From Pavona decussata (lineage: Eukaryota): a stretch of DNA of 64,000 bases. The translations under genes and the position numbers were made by a program. The stretch is taken from contig CDRNST010000038.1 of the NCBI GenBank assembly GCA_977016875.1, forward strand, positions 2,108,001-2,172,000, given 5' to 3'. Positions 50,368 to 62,889 of the stretch are shown here, one piece after another. The first letter of the stretch is position 1, and every line of letters begins with the position of its first letter. Under the pieces are notes generated by a model. The model was not told the origin of the DNA. It saw only the letters and a list, made by a program, of their open reading frames with translations, and did no database searches.

Positions 50368-51165
50368 TTGTTTGTTCTTTACTTTAGTCGGTGCAAGTTG
50401 CTTCCATGGAGAGCTGACTTGAGTTTTCAACCAATCGATCAATAGTTCTGCCGAATGTATATCAATATACCCTTAATGATTTCCGTCTTCTGCGGGCTAT
50501 TAGGCTTTTCCCATTAACTAGGTTTGCAGCCTATGTTTTCGTCCTTGATATTGACCGGGCAAAACTCACTGCAATCAAAGTGTCGGTTTTCACAGATTCA
50601 GCTGTATTTTTACCTAAGCGTTCGTCACGTAATGCTGTAAATGTGGTCTTTTGTCTTTTAGCTCCACCCAAACAAGTTGATGAGCTAAAGGGTATTCCCT
50701 GCGAAGCAGCACGCGCGTAATTTTGGACCAACGAGAGTCATTCAATTTACCCTTCACCGCTAATATTACAGATCTGTAACTTTTGCCGTGCAGTAAGTAA
50801 ATATCCCAAGAACAAAAGACATTCTGCGCGATGATAAGTGCCCACCCTCGAAGAAGCACCCACCTCGAATAACCGCCCACCCTCATGGGCCCAAAACAAA
50901 ATAAGCGCCAGTACCGAATAATCGAATAAATACGGAAATTAGAGACTGACAAACAGTTTGACACAAACCGAGGAGGCGTATTGGCTGATCAGTGTTTTAT
51001 GTTACTTAAAATTAGCTTAATTAAAATCTTTTAATCCTTGCGTTTGAGGGATCGTAAACCAGAAGGCTATTTTCCGTGAAGCATAAATACTTCAACACTT
51101 GATCCTTAGAAACCAGACGAGTTTGAAAGAAGCAATGCAACAGAAACATCAGAAAGTCATTAGAT

Positions 51166-53499
51166 ATGAACACAACGGTGAATGGATCGAGCTGTTTGAG
51201 TCCGTTCAATTCTAGAGCAGCTAAGATTGGACAAACCTTTGCTTTCTGCCTGATATTTGTTGTTTCGTTGCTTGGGAATTCCTTTATAGCAATAATTGTT
51301 TACGAAACGCAAAGTTTGAGAAAACCGATCAACTTCTTTTTCGTCAACATGGCCATGTCCGACATGCTGTCTTCAATATTCCTGTTCCCTGGGGAGATTA
51401 CCTATCTGTACTCAGACGCCTGGCTTAATATCAGTGGTCCCCTTGGCCACGCCTTGTGTAAAATGGTTGCCGTCTCAATCTTTGTTTCCTCTACAGTGTC
51501 TATTCAAAGTCTGATTCTGATAGCTGTGGATCGATTTGGAGCCGTGGTATTTCCCCTCCGTTCCCCACTGATCAGTTCAAAGCTGTGTCCCTTCTTCATT
51601 CTCGGCAACTGGATCGTTGCGATATCAGTAGGCTCGCCATATTTCTCCGCCTGGAAACCTACTGAGTACCAAGGAGAACTTGTTTGTAGCTTACGGCGAA
51701 ATGAAATATATTTTATTCTTGCAGCATTTGTTGTACTTTTTTATATCCCAATCGCCTTGTTGACCACACTTTACTCTATCATCGTTATCAAGCTCAAGTC
51801 ACAGGAAATTCCAGGCGAGCAATCAACCAACGCTGAGCAACAACGAGCGAAAAGGAACAGAAACGTGTTAAAGGCCGAGTTTCACGGTTAAGCGCATGCG
51901 CGAGCAGACCGGCTCAAAAATAAATTGTACGGGTCGACACTAAATTCGATGCGAGCTTTACGCGAGCTTATGGTGGAACAATCTGTCGAAATCGCGCCCG
52001 AATTTGGATCATCCGCTCTTCGTTCTTCACTTTTTATAATCTTTGTTTCCTGTTGTAAATATAAGTTCGATTTTTGTAAGGTTAAAAGTGTTTTAGCATC
52101 CGAAAACGACATTTTGTCGATGGATCGGCAAGGAGACGTCGCGGCCGACCGGCGACGGGACGTTCTGTGGACTCTCTGGAAGCACAGAAGTTAAAGCGGA
52201 CAGAGTGGAGTGGATGTAGAAATCCACTGTGATTAACAAGATACGTCCACCAAACGTGGAAAATTGGTAAAGAGATAAGTCTGTTTAAAATGGACAACGA
52301 TTTCGCGGCACATCTGCTTCGCTAGAAATGGCAAAGGTCACCAACTGGCTTTGGATGAACTCGCGAGGATTTTCTAGATTTCAATCGTACTGTTTGCTCA
52401 TATGGAAGTCAACTGTCAAAAACGGGGAATTCGACGGGCAAACAACATCAAACATCAGTGTTTTGCTTTGGATGGAAAAAATTGTACAACACTGAGACGC
52501 GAAGCGAATAAATATGTGATCAAATGTGCGAGTTAGTTGTAGTCGTGTAATAGCGGGCCCGAATAGCGGGCAGTAGAAAAAAAATCCAAGGTATTCATTT
52601 ATCTATAAAACTATGGTCATTGCGAATGGCAAACGCAGTTTTGATTTGCCACCATGGCAGAGTTTTCTCAAATGCATTCCAGCATCTCAGAAGGACGCTC
52701 AGTGTTGTTGTTACTAAACGGTTGCATCGCTTCTTGAAGCTTGCAGATTTCTCGTTCTTCGCCTTCTCGCTGGTCTAATAAAATCAGGCTATCGAGCGTA
52801 CACACTATAGTAAGTTTATCACTGAATGCTGATAAAATACTGGATTTAAGTAAGTGAGGGAGCTTCTCGGCGTTTCGAACCGCGCGTAATAAAAAAAAAG
52901 GTCGATGCCGCGAGATATCGACATTGTACTAAAATAAAACTGTATACGTTCGCATAAGTTCTGGCATTTCTTGAATGTTATGGGACATTCACGAAGCGGC
53001 GCTGCAAAAATCCCCATGTGTTTTACATGGACAGCCCTTTTGTTTTTTTTCTGAAACGTGACCGAAACACTGGCCGGTCAGTTTTATTTTTATGCCAGCA
53101 AGTTATAAGACTTGCCCGCCGTATCCCGCCGGTGTTGTGTACTCGCTTTTAATTGGTGCAAAAACAATTGGCTTGACAGCGCTTACGTTATCGCTCGCAC
53201 ATGCGCCGAACCGTGAAACTCTCCCTTTAAAGATGGTCATTGCTATCGTGTTATGGTTGGCACTGTGCTGGATACCCTGGAGTATTGGCGTCCTACTATT
53301 GTACTTTGCACGAGACGCTTTGCCTTGTGGCTTCTATTTCTTTCTTAATATTGCCCGGTTTATGGCTGTCTCAAATTGTGCCATCAACCCTTGCATCTGT
53401 TTCATTTTCAGTACAAACTATCGTTCTGCTCTAAAGAGGCTCCTCAACTGTTTGCGCGGCGCAACTGTTTCAGTTAAGGGTGCAGCGCAGAGAGAGTAA
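51166..53499 (+). pseudogene. GPCR copy 7 (duplicate of copy 3), disrupted by a DNA transposon
   Basis: Near-identical to copy 3 up to RNRNVLK; insertion at 51872-53226; TM6-TM7 and the stop resume at 53227-53499. Confidence 0.9.
51872..53226. mobile_element. Non-autonomous TIR DNA transposon with TTAA target duplication (Kolobok-like)
   Basis: TIR aggccgagtttcacggttaagcgcatgcgcgagc vs reverse-complement agggagagtttcacggttcggcgcatgtgcgagc. TTAA at 51868-51871 and 53227-53230; empty site gtgTTAAagatg in the paralogs. Confidence 0.85.
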
Positions 53500-54783
53500 A
53501 GTTCCAAAACTCCCATTGTAACCCAGCCAGCGGTTCGCAGAACGTACACCCGTTACAATCATCGACTTTCATTTCCTTAATTTTTTTTATTCTGTATTTC
53601 GCATGAACTAAATGGAATTTAAGAGAAAACTGCTGACTGGTCTTGACTTTCTCGAAAAGAAAAGATAGATGTAAATTTAATTCTGGTTTTTCAAAGCTCC
53701 CATCGTAACCTAGAAAACAGCTTGTAAACCGTCCACCCTTAAAAATCCATCAACGAAAATGTAGATACGTCCGATTCTTTAATTTTTTTTCTCTTGTATT
53801 TAACATAAATTCAACAAAATTGAGGGGAAATTGCTGACTAATTCATGCACAGTAAAGTACAGTAAGTACAATGCGCAGTAAGTAAGTTCTGACTTTAAAG
53901 GTATCACCGCTTTTGTACAAACCCATAATTTTTAAAGAACTGAAAAGATGCTGACTAATCGGAAAGAATTTTAAATTTGCCTACTATGCTGTATTATTCA
54001 GTTTTAAGCTTTTGTACATTTAGGAATCTTTGATGAAGAGCTGACAGCCGTTCTTTGAAACTCTGTTTGTAATTATAACCCACCCACTAATTCTCGCGCG
54101 ATTTTATTGGCTACTTTACGTCACAATAACCCCCGCCTGCGTCGATATTTGCCCTCCTTTTATTTCCGTTGAAAAGAAAAAAAAAGCGATTTAGAGAAAC
54201 ATTGCAACAAGAAAATTAACGATAGTAAAACAGCATCACGTTTCGACGACTTCATATCGTCATTGTAAAATGAGTAAAATGGAAATAACAGAAAGGCATA
54301 TTTATAGGTATTGAAAGCGCTTTCATGCTAATTTATTTCCTCACATTTTCTCATGAGAATAAAGACAAAAAATAAGTATTTACAACCAAGTTTTGCATAC
54401 TGCCGTTTGCACCCGATAAGGGTAATATTCATCAACGCCCGTTCTCATCTCCTACGGACGACCTTAACTACATTTACGTATCAAATAAACTGAGCAAAGG
54501 CTTTTCAGCTTTCTTTCTTACGTTTGCAAAGCCGGATATGTTTGTAGTCGCATTGAGACCGACTGTGAAGTCTGTAAAAACTGTCAACTTAACGTAAATA
54601 GCTTTTTGTGTTTACTTCGTCATAACCAAAGAAAAAAGAATTCCCATCTGTTGTGGAATCCTCCAACCAGTCCGAAGGCCAAAACAGATTTGAACCTTTC
54701 GAACGTTTATTTGCCAACAGCTTAATTCTCGAGGGAAGAAAACATTTTGTGGGTAGTGCACTGTATAGTGCTCTACCTACTAT

Positions 54784-55044
54784 NNNNNNNNNNNNNNNNN
54801 NNNNNNNNNNNNNNNNNNNNNNNNNNNNNNNNNNNNNNNNNNNNNNNNNNNNNNNNNNNNNNNNNNNNNNNNNNNNNNNNNNNNNNNNNNNNNNNNNNNN
54901 NNNNNNNNNNNNNNNNNNNNNNNNNNNNNNNNNNNNNNNNNNNNNNNNNNNNNNNNNNNNNNNNNNNNNNNNNNNNNNNNNNNNNNNNNNNNNNNNNNNN
55001 NNNNNNNNNNNNNNNNNNNNNNNNNNNNNNNNNNNNNNNNNNNN
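54784..55044. other. Assembly gap
   Basis: N run. Confidence 0.99.
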
Positions 55045-55526
55045 CCACATGTACGCAATGCGTACCTATTTTTATATGTTTGTTTTCTTGCAGGGTTTTT
55101 AAGAATTTAATCCTTTTAATTTGTGATACATCAGATACCTGTCAACTGTAATGTATTACATCAGTTCTTAATAATGTAGTTTGATATTGGATAATCCGAA
55201 AAATTATAGAACAGCTTTATGTGCGTATAATACAATAAATTCTAACTGCTTGCTCACAGATATTGCATAATCCAACTGCTCTTTCGAGTGTTTGATATAA
55301 CTTCTCAAACCATTAAATTTTTTTTGGAGAAATTCAAACCAAACTTTCTTGAAATTTGATGATAATCAAGATCCCTTTTATAATTCGCCATCACGGTAGT
55401 GACTTTCTTTGTTTCATCTTCATCAATTATTGATGACTTTGAGTGTGAATTTTATGGACCCAAAATACTATAACAGATAACTTAGGAACACCTTAAGAAA
55501 TTTTTCAGGCTCAAATTGCCAAAGAT

Positions 55527-55565
55527 TAATAATAATAATAATAAGAAGAAGAAGAAGAAGAAGAA
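55527..55565. repeat. (AAT)n(AAG)n compound microsatellite
   Basis: Direct reading. Confidence 0.85.
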
Positions 55566-57110
55566 AAAAGCTCGGCCTCAGCTCCAAAATTAGAGGTCCT
55601 TACAGAAAAAAGGGTGTTAAGCATAACAGGTAAAAACAGCTAAGCAGAGCCACAGGCAATACTTTCTCCAGACAATTTTTTCGTGCTCTCCGCCTCGCTT
55701 CCTTTCGTGCTTTTTTCCTTCACGCTTTTGTTTTATTTATTACATAACGCTAAGTAGAACAGCATTTGATATTAAGCTTTCATGAAAAACGGTAACGAGT
55801 AAACAAATTTGAAAAGTGAGGGGTGTTTTGCCTTGCTGTCTGTTTAAGTTGAGTAATTGTAGCCACAATTGCGCATGCGGTCTCACGAATTATAGTCAGA
55901 GTTTTTTTTTTTTGATGGCTTTATTTTCAAAACTTACTTTTACGAGCAAAATAGAACCTGACAAAATTGAACAATCTCAGATGCAACATGCCTTCTCGTG
56001 ACCTTAATGTTTCGTTGTGTGATCCTGTAAAAACTTGAATTGAATCCCTCAACTCGTTTATTCACGGCGCATGTCGCAACTTAACGGGGCAGTGTAACCA
56101 TTTTTAGCGTGCTTTTGAGTAACGTGGACACCGCAAATTCGTAACGATGGAAATGTTAAATAATGATTCAGTGTTGTTACCAATTACCCTACGAGTATAC
56201 ATTAATTAGTTCATGTTATATTTTACTGCGGATGGCTTGGATTGAAATGGATTACAACTTCAAAAAATATGCCAGGTTTTTCAAGTTGTTTTTTGTAAGG
56301 CTTGGATAAATTTGTTGGTTCTTCATTGGAGAAACAGGTTAATATTTCTTCCCAGCACTCTACGAACCATTTCATGTCAGAGAAAAGGCTCTGTGATAAA
56401 TATTTGTGTAGCTTTGATCAAAATACAGCAAAATCTCAGTGACAGTGCCCCTTTAAAAGCTCTGCGATGAAAATTGATTGCTACTTATGATGTCATGTCC
56501 TGACTATTAAGGACCTTACGTAACCACAACGACAACGTCAAGGGAAAATGCCACTTAGGAAAACAAATTCACTTTATCTGACCCACTCTGTGTTTATTCT
56601 TTTCCGTTAAACTTTGCAATGTGGCAGACAATTAGTAGAAACAGTGTTGAAGTTCGGAAAAAGAGACAAGAATTCAACGTCGTGTGCCCTTGTTCTCCTT
56701 AAATTTTTGAATGTGGCCATTTCACATTGTTGTTTTGTAGAAGAAGTCAGAAAATGTATTAGAATTTTAACGCCCGTGCACAGCCATTCGGCCGGTTTTC
56801 CTTATTAAACCTAATGTCACTTTTGACGTTGTCCTTCTCGTCACTAACGTGTTTGCGTAAGGACACGATTAGCCATAAAGGAAGGCGTTCTGTAAATAGA
56901 GTTGAGAAATGTCAAATTGTCCTGAACTGTTAGACACTTTCAGGGCCATAGCCGCTGAAACTACCTCTTCGTTGAGTCAAATGCCAAGTGTCCCCCACCC
57001 CCACCCCTACTACAAACCCCTTTCCGGCTCAAAATGCTAGTTAACTATAACTTAAGATTAGATTTCAGTCTCATGGCTTCGTGAATCAATTGCAGTTGTT
57101 ATATTTTCAG

Positions 57111-57204
57111 GATTTCTAGACCAGATCAAGTCGTGTACAATGACAAGACTTCAGAAGTCACAGACGTCGTCAGTATTGGACCTTCTGTTAAAATTATCAT
57201 AACG
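57111..57204 (+). CDS. Integrin alpha, copy 2, exon (duplicate of 14078-14171)
   Basis: Splice sites intact; N>I change. Confidence 0.8.
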
Positions 57205-57823
57205 GTAATTATTAGAAAGGAGATCATTGGGTAATGTAATTAGGAATTCTGATTGGCTTAGCGACCATAGGATAAATTTAATAAAAAACGTGAGCTCGTG
57301 GGATAATTGTTAATTAGCAGATGACATATGCGATATATGCTGATACTTTCTTCACAGTATCACCTGTTTTAGTGTCACTTCGAATGGCCAAGAAACATAT
57401 TTGAATCGGTGGAATAGTTAAAATAATGTTTCAGTTTTGTTAACAATAACCCAACTAAAGCACATATGAAAATTATGTCTGGCTGCGGATGGCTAGGATG
57501 AAGATGGATTGCAACTTGAAATTAAAAAAATGGCTACTTTTTTGGATTTTAGAAGCTGGGCCTGAAGACAAGTTTAGAAGGGGTCACATTTTTACATTTT
57601 TTTGGTTTTACATGTAAATATAGTTAGCTTTTAGAAGCCGGGTTCGGTAAAAAAAATTCGGAGGGGTACATCCATATTTTGTAAACTCTGATAACTGTAC
57701 CGCGAAACATTACGACGCTTCTGTTAACAATCATAGTTAACCAAGGGCAATATTTGTGAACTGTTAGTCTGGCGCTTGTTTTCACATTAATCGTTCACTG
57801 ATACCTGTGTTAACATGTTTTAG

Positions 57824-57937
57824 ATGAAGAACAACGGTCCGAGTCCAGTTGAGTACACAGAAGTGACCGTCATGATTCCATTTAAAAACAAAGCAGTGGA
57901 CGAGCAGAACTATTTGCTTTACTTGACGAACGTTCAG
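57824..57937 (+). CDS. Integrin alpha, copy 2, exon (duplicate of 14255-14368)
   Basis: Splice sites intact; V>M and S>T changes. Confidence 0.82.
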
Positions 57938-58401
57938 GTAAGATGAGTCCTGAGATATTGATACAAAACTCAGCAAGCAAAATAACGTCTAACCAACGTA
58001 GCTGGTGGTATTTTTCGCAAGGAGGCAAGATTTGTCGGTGAAGGCGCGTTAACGAGCGATGAAAGGAACGGGGTAAGTGTCGAGACGAAGACGCTGCATG
58101 ATTCGAAACCAGATTAATCCCGTTTTCAGGCAATAAACCAATCAGAACTCGAGAAGCGAAATGGGCAACTAGTACCAAGCGCGGGAAAACATACAAACAA
58201 GTGTCAAGCGCGTGAGCATTTTAGCCGGTGCTTTGCGCGGGAAAATGCATTCAACGGGTGCTTAGCGCAGGAACACATGCAACTAGCCCAAAGGACGGGA
58301 AAACATGCAACCAGTAAAAAGCTTGGCTGCAGATTGGTCGAATACCAAATCGCAATAATACCATCGATGATTATATTTGTTAATTTTTTATTTCATTTTA
58401 G

Positions 58402-58455
58402 GTTCTAGGAAATGCAGGGAGCTGTAATATAGGGACTAATCCTCTAAATCTCCAG
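58402..58455 (+). CDS. Integrin alpha, copy 2, exon (duplicate of 14833-14886)
   Basis: Identical exon. Confidence 0.8.
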
Positions 58456-59695
58456 GTGAGTGGCGTGTTTTAAGCCTTGTATAGATCTGATATACCTCTT
58501 AAAAGTGAAAAATTTGAAGGAAAGTGCTTAAATAGTGACGTCTTTGAAATCAAATATCAGATAGATTGGGAAGTAAATGAGGTAATATGACTTCATCAAA
58601 GGCTCAGTTTTGTCAACACGTACGATATTAATACATTGAACCTAATCAAAAGAGTTCTCGGCTACATATAGCCAGGGCGAAAATAGATCGTTATTTACCG
58701 GTTTATATTGGGAAAATGTTTTCAAGCTCTTACATGATGTTTCGTTTAAGTAATTGTCGTTTGTTCAGTCTTTTTGGAGCTATACTGCTCTTGGAGTTTT
58801 GTTGCATGGCCAAAGTAACTTAGTTGCTTACGTTTCAACAGAGTTTTCACAAAACCAAACTCCATTGTGAATCATTTATCACAGCTTTAAGTATCATAAG
58901 TCATCAAATGCCGAACAGCTCATTGTGCAAACGAGCCATGGCTATTGGTTAACCCTATCTAGACGGGGTTTTTTTTGTCTTCTGGGTCATCAACGCTATG
59001 ACAATGAGACTTTTTTAGGAAGATAGATAGTACGTCCAAATATGTTCCCCTTGAGATCGGCAAATGGAAGTGATGACGTCATTTGACGTGGCAACACGTC
59101 ATGATAGGCAAATGACGGCCATCTTGGATTTCTGGATTTCCCCAAAACTTCAGGAGAGCGCCGAAATTGAACGAAAAGGAAGCAAAACCAATACAATACG
59201 AAAAGTAATTTGTCTTTATTTTACAAGGAATTTCCATTTTCTGAAAAACTGAGCTGCCTCTCAAAAATTGATTGCCATGGTAAAACATCAAATTCAAGGT
59301 AAACTAACCGACTACGTTCAATTTTGCCCGATAAATTTCTGAAAAAGTCCTGAAGTTTCATGGCATTTTTAACGTTACAGAATGACACAAATCCAGGGTC
59401 TGCTCAACGCATTTTTCAGAGAGTGAGAATAGAGATCTTCAATCAGTTTCTCATTGCACTTGGCACTCAGCCTGTCTCAACATCTTATCACTTACTGCCG
59501 TTTATTAGACGATGAAAGCAAAAACCGCTGTCAAAACAAATTTCAGTCTGACCATCCCCAATAGTTTTTAAAGCGTTTTGTACTGTAAAATAACAGCGTC
59601 AACAAGCATAAAGCAGAGATAAGACTTACAGCTGTCACTTAGAATGACCCACTGATCAACAGATGGATCACAAATAAATCTATTGATGTTCTTAA

Positions 59696-60095
59696 AGAAA
59701 ATCTCCACTTTGACAGCAAATATGATATTAAATTGCTGGAAATAATGCCTAAATTTCTAAATTTCAGTTTGAAAAGTAGAAATAACATTCGAGAGTGCTA
59801 AAAATTAGATATGGTTTTCACTTATTTTAACTTTAAAATTTCCCGCTCGCCGCCATGTTGGATTACATGACGTCATACAGTTGCTCTATTGACAATACTG
59901 ACAATAATGGCAACCGTATGACGTCATAAAATCCGACATTGCGGTGCTCAGGAGATTAAAAGCAATAATGGGCGATAATCAAGTCCTTTTTTGCCCTACA
60001 CAGATATATTATTGGCTTGTTTTCCAACGAAATTTGAAATTAGATTGTATTTTCAACAATTTAACGTTAATTTACTTAAAGAGCGGAGGTTCCCT
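59696..60095. mobile_element. Duplicate of MITE 16124-16543
   Basis: Same position in the duplicated intron, TTAA flanks. Confidence 0.65.
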
Positions 60096-60186
60096 TTAAG
60101 CTTCTGCCCGAAATGTTCAGCAGGGTTGAATGTCAACCACTTTGCTCGTTAATATGAGTGACCTTTTTAAACCTTTTTTTTATTAG

Positions 60187-60273
60187 TTCAGAAATGATTC
60201 CACTGATCCAATAGACGAAGTATCTTCTTTGGGAAAACCAAAACGTGACCTGAAGCCTAAGAATGAAGAACTG
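60187..60273 (+). CDS. Integrin alpha, copy 2, exon (duplicate of 16635-16721)
   Basis: Splice sites intact; S>R change. Confidence 0.78.
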
Positions 60274-60937
60274 GTATGTAACATAAATCAGCTCTATTTG
60301 TTCTTAGAGCGGTTTTCAATTGAGTGTCGAAAGTAATTTCGCGTTTGCTTTGGTTTAGCAGTTACTACGCTCTGTGATTGGTTAACAAAACTTGCGCCAC
60401 TTTGTCAACCAATGAGAATCCAAACCAAAACCAATCATGTTTTGGCCGCACGCGTTTTCCCACGCTTGGCACCAGTTACGTGTACTGCGTCGAATTCTGA
60501 TTTGCTCGTTGTGTTGTTTACATCTGATGAGATTGGGCAAAGTAATTACTTAGGTTTTCGTTTTACGACACTCAGTTGGAAACCGTCATGCCTACGATTT
60601 CTTTGTCAGCGGGTGAACGGAACGCAAAAAAGCCACATAGCTCTGGGGTCGAAAACGGCTCAAACGTAGAAAAAAAATAAGTGCGCTACAGTTGGTAGCT
60701 AGAGTAACTAATTTGTCAACCGCAATACTACAATATTCCGCCGGCGTTTAATGTCCAGGATGAAATATTTATTGACAAAGATCTTTCTGAACATCCTCCT
60801 TCCCATAGACCTTGGGAACAAAGTTTCTTTGATTCTGGATCTTTCTTTGCATAAACTTTCATGATAAAAGTTGGGCGATTGCTTTTTATTTTCACTTTCG
60901 AAGTTTAAGATTTACTTGTCTTGGTTTTGTTATTTAG

Positions 60938-61060
60938 CCTTGTGAGTCTGACAGCTCTCTGACGTGCCTCAAGGTCCCCTGTTACCTGGGGCGAATGAAG
61001 CGAGGGGACCAAGCACAGATACAGTTGACATCCCGTCTCTGGCGGAACACACTTATCAAG
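60938..61060 (+). CDS. Integrin alpha, copy 2, exon (duplicate of 17387-17509)
   Basis: Splice sites intact; N>D and V>A changes. Confidence 0.82.
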
Positions 61061-61278
61061 GTACTTCATCGTTGACGCCACTTCGTTCCGATGGCCCTCT
61101 CAGATATTCAATATAGCGACTGACTTACCGCAATACTTTTTACTTTCGCTTAGGTTTCTCTCTACCACCAGTTTTACAAAAGATCCTCTGAAGGGCCGTA
61201 TAAACGGCGTCGTTCATTATATATGTTTTTTGTGTTTATTTGTTTTGGTGTTGATGCAATTAAATTGTTTGTTTGCAG

Positions 61279-61371
61279 GCGAATGCTGGTTCAGTCACCC
61301 TTACTACCACCGCGGAAATTGTCCCATCCTCTTCTGTTCCTGAACTGAATAAAGAAAACAATAAGGCCGAG
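61279..61371 (+). CDS. Integrin alpha, copy 2, exon (duplicate of 17729-17821)
   Basis: Identical exon. Confidence 0.78.
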
Positions 61372-62266
61372 GTTTGTCTCTTTCGTTGTTTGCGTAGTGT
61401 TTTCCTTTAATCTTCAAGTATATCCAATTCTAACACCGGACAAAATCTAGTTGTCCGTTCCGAAGTTCTTAAAAGGACTGGACCCTAATTTACACATTGT
61501 TCAAATTGCGTCATATGAAAAGATGAACCCCATCGCCAGAAAGAGGATCACACAAAAATTATAAGTTTACTAAGTTTGGTTATATTTCATTGCGTTGAAA
61601 CCAACCAGGCTGTGACCTGTCAAACGTCGCCCATTTCCATACAAATGTCTCTTTTTTCTGAAAGGGCGTCTTCCAAATCCATACAAAGTCTCTAATTTTT
61701 CCAATTTTTATAGCCTTCTGTATGGTTACAATCTAATAGCAGAACCTCAAACTTGGGAAATTGACTAATTTCAATGTGATCTTTCTGGTGAAGGACTCCG
61801 ATTTTCTGTTTAAATGAAAATGTAGGAACTTGTCACCACCTCCATTTAAACTCCAGAACGGGCAATTATTTACTTCATTAATGGTCCAACAAGAAAGAAC
61901 TGCTTCATCGACAAATGAATTAGTTAAAAGATTGTCATCAATAATCCTCTTAACCTTAAGTTGGACATAAAAACTGCGAAGGATCATTTTTTGCTACGAA
62001 ACAACGCATACAACCGGAAAGTAGTTCCATCTTCAAAGTTTTCATTTCAGTGTGTGACCCAATATTCCAAACTCGCTGAAAATTAACATCATTTTCCTTA
62101 GCATAACAAACAGCACCACCATACTGATCAAATTTGATTTGAACGTAAAAACCACATCGCAAGAACCGAGGCTGATGAATGCAAAATAAGGTATAAAAAT
62201 ATGTTAGTTTCAGTGAACGAACCAACTGTATTCTTAACTAACAACCGTATTGTTAATCGTAAACAG

Positions 62267-62392
62267 ATTCCGCTAATAGCCAATCCCAAGACCCCTGCAA
62301 CCTCCAAAAAATCAACAGCCGTTTGGATCTATATCGTGTCTGTGCTCGGAGGCCTAGCTCTTTTGGCCCTTGCAGGAAATGCTCTCTACAAG
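62267..62392 (+). CDS. Integrin alpha, copy 2, transmembrane exon
   Basis: Duplicate of 18713-18838 with Ile>Asn in the TM helix (aat at 62378-62380). Confidence 0.85.
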
Positions 62393-62889
62393 GTAAGCCA
62401 GTTATACCTGCGATAGAGGTTCAAGAGGGGCGTAAATTTAAGGCATTTGGGGATGGTAATTCTGAAAATTGTCTGTACCAGTTTGCGGTTGTTAGTGTCT
62501 GAGAATTTCGTCTCTAAGCGCGTTTTCCACTTTTTTTCAGATCAGTGGTTTTGTGAACGGAATAGATCAATTCATTTTTGAGGCCACTCCCTCCATTTTC
62601 TTCATTTTGGAACATTCGTTAGTAGAAGCAGTCCTCAAAAGGGCGAATTACACAAACAAATCGATCGGTTCTGGCTGTATGGTTTTGACAAATGACAAAC
62701 TAATCAAAAATTAAAAATGCAGAAAAAAAATTTCACGTCAACTTGCTACCAATTCGTTTCCTGCTGCAGAAACTGGGTTAGAGGCCAGCAGTTTTCAGGC
62801 TTGTACATATGTTTTTGCCATAAGAACAGGCTACAAGTAAAAATTAGCACTAAGGAATTAAATGAACGTTTTTATATTTCGTTCAACAG

